Shown here: positions 60,837-64,000 of the stretch, one piece after another
Layout: every line of letters starts with the position of its first letter
Numbering within the stretch: position 1 is the first letter of the stretch
Source: Alphaproteobacteria bacterium
Lineage (GTDB): Bacteria > Pseudomonadota > Alphaproteobacteria > UBA828
Length of the DNA stretch: 64,000 bases
Assembly (NCBI GenBank): GCA_963422645.2
Contig: CAXXVO010000005.1
Span: 320,001 to 384,000 of the forward strand
Direction: 5' to 3'
Translations under genes and position numbers: made by a program
Notes under the pieces: generated by a model
What the model saw: only the letters and a program-made list of their open reading frames with translations
The model's database searches: none
What the model was told of the DNA's origin: nothing

Positions 60837-62024
60837 ATGATGGATGATCCGATCGTCATCGTCGGGATGGCGCGCACCCCCATGGGCGGGTTTCAGGGCG
60901 CATTGAAGGACGCAAGGGCGCCTGAACTGGGCTCCGCCGCAATCGAGGCCGCGCTGAGCCGCGCCGGCGTCGCCGCCGACGAGGTCGACGAGGTCATCAT
61001 GGGCAACATCCTCTCGGCCGGCCAGGGGCAGGCGCCGGCGCGCCAAGCTTCCATCGGCGCCGGAATCCCCGAGAAAGTCGGCTGCACCACGATCAACAAG
61101 ATGTGCGGCTCGGGCATGAAGGCGACCATGTTCGCCCACGACCTGATCGCGGCGGGTTCCGGCGATATCGTTGTCGCCGGCGGCATGGAGAGCATGACCA
61201 ACGCGCCCTACCTGCTGGATCGCGCGCGGGGCGGCTACCGCATGGGCCACGGCAAGGTGCAGGATCACATGTTCCTCGACGGGCTGGAGGATGCCTACGA
61301 CAAGGGCAAGCTCATGGGCCACTTCGCCGAGGAGACGGCGCGCACCTATCAGTTCACCCGCGAGCAGCAGGACGAATTCGCCATCACCTCGCTCAACCGT
61401 GCGAAGACGGCGATCGAGGACGGCTCCTTCGACGGCGAGGTTGCGCCGGTTACGGTCAAGCACCGCAAGGGCGAGACCGTCGTCACCCGGGACGAGCAGC
61501 CGCTGACCGCCGATCTTGACAAGATCCCGACGCTGCGCCCGGCCTTCGCCAAGGACGGCTCGGTGACCGCCGCGAATTCCAGCTCGATCTCCGACGGCGG
61601 CGCCGCGCTGGTGCTGATGCGGCGCTCCGAGGCCGAGCGGCGCGGGCTCACGCCGGTCGCGGTCATCCACGGCCACGCGACGCACGCGCAGGCGCCCGCC
61701 TGGTTCACCACCGCGCCGGGGCCGGCGCTCCGCAAGCTCTACGAGAAGACGGGCTGGGACGCGGACGACGTCGACCTCTACGAGATCAACGAAGCCTTCG
61801 CGGTCGTCGCCATGGCGGCGATGCGCGACCTGGACCTCGACCACGAGAAGGTGAACGTGCACGGCGGCGCCTGTGCGCTCGGCCATCCGGTCGGCGCCTC
61901 GGGCGCACGCATCGTCATCACCCTGTTGGCGGCGCTGGAGAAATACGGGCTCGACAAGGGCGCAGCGGCGCTCTGCATCGGCGGCGGCGAGGCCACGGCC
62001 TTGGCCGTCGAGCGGCTGCACTAG
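60837..62024 (+). CDS. Acetyl-CoA C-acyltransferase (thiolase)
   Basis: [29 protein letters not shown]. Confidence 0.94.
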   Translation: MMDDPIVIVGMARTPMGGFQGALKDARAPELGSAAIEAALSRAGVAADEVDEVIMGNILSAGQGQAPARQASIGAGIPEKVGCTTINKMCGSGMKATMFAHDLIAAGSGDIVVAGGMESMTNAPYLLDRARGGYRMGHGKVQDHMFLDGLEDAYDKGKLMGHFAEETARTYQFTREQQDEFAITSLNRAKTAIEDGSFDGEVAPVTVKHRKGETVVTRDEQPLTADLDKIPTLRPAFAKDGSVTAANSSSISDGGAALVLMRRSEAERRGLTPVAVIHGHATHAQAPAWFTTAPGPALRKLYEKTGWDADDVDLYEINEAFAVVAMAAMRDLDLDHEKVNVHGGACALGHPVGASGARIVITLLAALEKYGLDKGAAALCIGGGEATALAVERLH

Positions 62025-62034
62025 GGCCGCCGCC

Positions 62035-62634
62035 ATGACCGGCGAGCGCGAGACCATTCCGGCCCGGCGCGGCCGGGCGGCCAAGCTCGGCGCGGGCCAG
62101 AAGCTCCGCCTCATCAACACCCACGGCACCCAGGTGGTGGATACCTGGGCCTTCAACGCCGACGACATGGCCGAGTGCATGTCGATGGAGCACTCGCGCG
62201 TCGCCATCGGCGGCGTCTTCCCCCGGCCCGGCGATACCATGGTCACCAACAAGCGCCGCCCCATCCTCACCCTGGTGGAGGACACCTCGCCCGGCATTCA
62301 CGACACGCTGATCGCCGCCTGCGACCGCTGGCGCTACATGCTGCTTGGCGCAGGCGACGATCACGACAACTGCGAGGACAACCTGCACGACGGCTTGGCG
62401 GCGCTGGGTCTCAAGGCGCCGAAGACGCCGTCTCCCTGGAACATGTGGATGAACATCCCGGTGGGCGAGGGCGGCTCGGTCTCCTTCGAGCCGGGCGTGG
62501 CGAGCCCCGGCGACTACGTGGTGCTGCGGGCGGAGATGGACCTCGTGCTCGCGTTCTCCTGCTGCCCGCAGGACATTCTCCCGATCAACGGCGTCGCGTG
62601 CACGCCGGTGGACGCCTCCTTCGAGCGGCTCTGA
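62035..62634 (+). CDS. DUF1989 protein (second paralogue)
   Basis: HGTQVVDTWAF, DTSPGIHDTLIAAC, HDNCEDNL, PWNMWMN, SCCPQD. Confidence 0.88.
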   Translation: MTGERETIPARRGRAAKLGAGQKLRLINTHGTQVVDTWAFNADDMAECMSMEHSRVAIGGVFPRPGDTMVTNKRRPILTLVEDTSPGIHDTLIAACDRWRYMLLGAGDDHDNCEDNLHDGLAALGLKAPKTPSPWNMWMNIPVGEGGSVSFEPGVASPGDYVVLRAEMDLVLAFSCCPQDILPINGVACTPVDASFERL

Positions 62635-62645
62635 GGGCCAAGGCC

Positions 62646-63797
62646 ATGGCAGCGAAGGGCATCTTCCTCACCGACGAGCAGCGGATGATCCGCGACATGG
62701 CGCGCGATTTCGCCGAGGGCGAGCTCGCCCCCCATGCCGGCGAGTGGGATCTGAAGGGCGGCTACCCCGACGACATCCTCCCCCGCATGGGCCAGCTCGG
62801 GCTCATGGGCATGCTGGTGCCGCCGGAATGGGACGGTGCCGGTGCCGACCACGTGGCCTACGCGCTCGCCATGGAGGAGATATCGGCCGGCGATGTCGGC
62901 ACGTCGACGGCGATGAGCGTCAACAACTCGCTGGTCTGTGCCGGCATTCTCAAGGGCGGCTCCGAGGAGCAGAAGGAGTGCTTCCTGCGCCCGCTTGCGC
63001 GCGGCGACATGCTCGGCTGCTTCTGCCTGACCGAGCCGCAGGCGGGCTCGGATGCCTCCAACCTGCGCACCCGCGCGGTGCCGGACGGCAACGGCTACCG
63101 GCTGAGCGGCACCAAGCAGTTCGTCTCCAGCGGCTCCAGGGCGGACGTCGCGATGGTCTTCGCCGTGACCGACCCCGACGCCGGCAAGAAGGGGATCAGC
63201 TGCTTCCTCGTGCCGACCGGGTCGGAGGGCTACACGGTCGCGAGCCACGAGACCAAGATGGGCCAGCGTGCCCACGACACCTGCCAGATCGTCTTCGAGG
63301 ACGTGCGGCTGACCCCCGACCTCATGCTGGGCGAGCCGGGGCAGGGCTATGCTATCGCGCTCGGCAACCTCGAAGGCGGCCGCATCGGCGTCGCCGCCCA
63401 GGCGACCGGCGCCATGCGCGCGGCTTACGAGGCCGCACTGGCTTACGCCAAGGAACGCACGAGCTTCGGCAAGCCACTGATCGAGCATCAGGCGGTGGGC
63501 TTCCGCCTGGCCGACATGGCGACCGAGATCGAGGCGTCGCGGCTGCTCACGCTGCAGGCTGCGCGGCTGCGCGATGCCGGCGAGCCCTGCCTGAAGGAAG
63601 CCTCGATGGCCAAGCTCTTCGCCTCGGAGACCGCCGAGCGGGTTTGCTCCAAGGCGATCCAGACGCTGGGCGGCTACGGCTACCTGAGCGACTTCCCGGT
63701 GGAGCGCATCTATCGGGACCAGCGCGTCTGCACCATCTACGAGGGCACGAGCGACGTCCAGCGGCTGGTGATCAGCCGGGCGCTCGCGCGGGAGTAA
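62646..63797 (+). CDS. Acyl-CoA dehydrogenase (short/branched chain type)
   Basis: FCLTEPQAGSDA, GGRIGVAAQ, QTLGGYGY, IYEGTSDVQR. Confidence 0.94.
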   Translation: MAAKGIFLTDEQRMIRDMARDFAEGELAPHAGEWDLKGGYPDDILPRMGQLGLMGMLVPPEWDGAGADHVAYALAMEEISAGDVGTSTAMSVNNSLVCAGILKGGSEEQKECFLRPLARGDMLGCFCLTEPQAGSDASNLRTRAVPDGNGYRLSGTKQFVSSGSRADVAMVFAVTDPDAGKKGISCFLVPTGSEGYTVASHETKMGQRAHDTCQIVFEDVRLTPDLMLGEPGQGYAIALGNLEGGRIGVAAQATGAMRAAYEAALAYAKERTSFGKPLIEHQAVGFRLADMATEIEASRLLTLQAARLRDAGEPCLKEASMAKLFASETAERVCSKAIQTLGGYGYLSDFPVERIYRDQRVCTIYEGTSDVQRLVISRALARE

Positions 63798-63801
63798 GGC
63801 G

Positions 63802-64000
63802 ATGAGCGACAGTCTCGACTTCTACTTCGACTTCTCCTCGCCTTACGGCTACCTCGCGGCCGAGCGCATCGACGGGATCGCGGCAAAGCACGGGCGCAGC
63901 GTGACGTGGCGGCCGATGCTGCTCGGCGCCGTGTTCCAGAAGATCGGCGGGAGCCCCCTGGTCGACCAGCCGATGAAGGGGCCCTACTCGCGCCTCGACA
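63802..64000 (+). CDS. 2-hydroxychromene-2-carboxylate isomerase/DsbA-family protein (partial)
   Basis: Manual translation: MSDSLDFYFDFSSPYGYLAAERIDGIAAKHGRSVTWRPMLLGAVF...KGPY; runs off the window edge. Confidence 0.85.
   Translation, partial: MSDSLDFYFDFSSPYGYLAAERIDGIAAKHGRSVTWRPMLLGAVFQKIGGSPLVDQPMKGPYSRLD

Overview
High-GC alphaproteobacterial chromosome segment (probably Rhodospirillales/Kiloniellales-like; the taxon is an inference). Bases 1-8.7 kb are core genes: rplA-rplK-nusG-secE-tRNA-Trp-tuf-tRNA-Gly-tRNA-Tyr, rlmB, tRNA-Thr, ispDF-pgpA-cinA-queG and an epimerase. From 8.8 to 25.9 kb is an accessory region containing a passenger-less autotransporter, an ATPase-less sugar ABC pair between 38-bp direct repeats, IS5, IS21, higBA and two tandem tyrosine integrases. 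It also holds a nested stack: an IS66-like element (8-bp TSD, 135-bp terminal inverted repeats, TnpC plus DUF4338) whose DUF4338 gene is split by a 2.8-kb large-serine-recombinase element. In that element the first gene gains its RBS and ATG only when the two ends are joined by excision. From 26 to 45 kb lie sugar-catabolic genes and two tandem Baeyer-Villiger monooxygenases. The second BVMO is split by a 12.1-kb Mu-like prophage remnant (TG..CA ends, 5-bp TSD, end-binding repeats). The remnant carries a second IS21 copy and keeps gemA/mor, lysis and packaging genes, but has no transposase, capsid or tail genes. From 45 to 64 kb is a putative creatine/creatinine (or related N-heterocycle) catabolic cluster with a frameshifted LysR, a BMP-type ABC importer, two DUF1989 genes, thiolase and acyl-CoA dehydrogenase. 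All family assignments come from motif recognition by eye; no searches were run.
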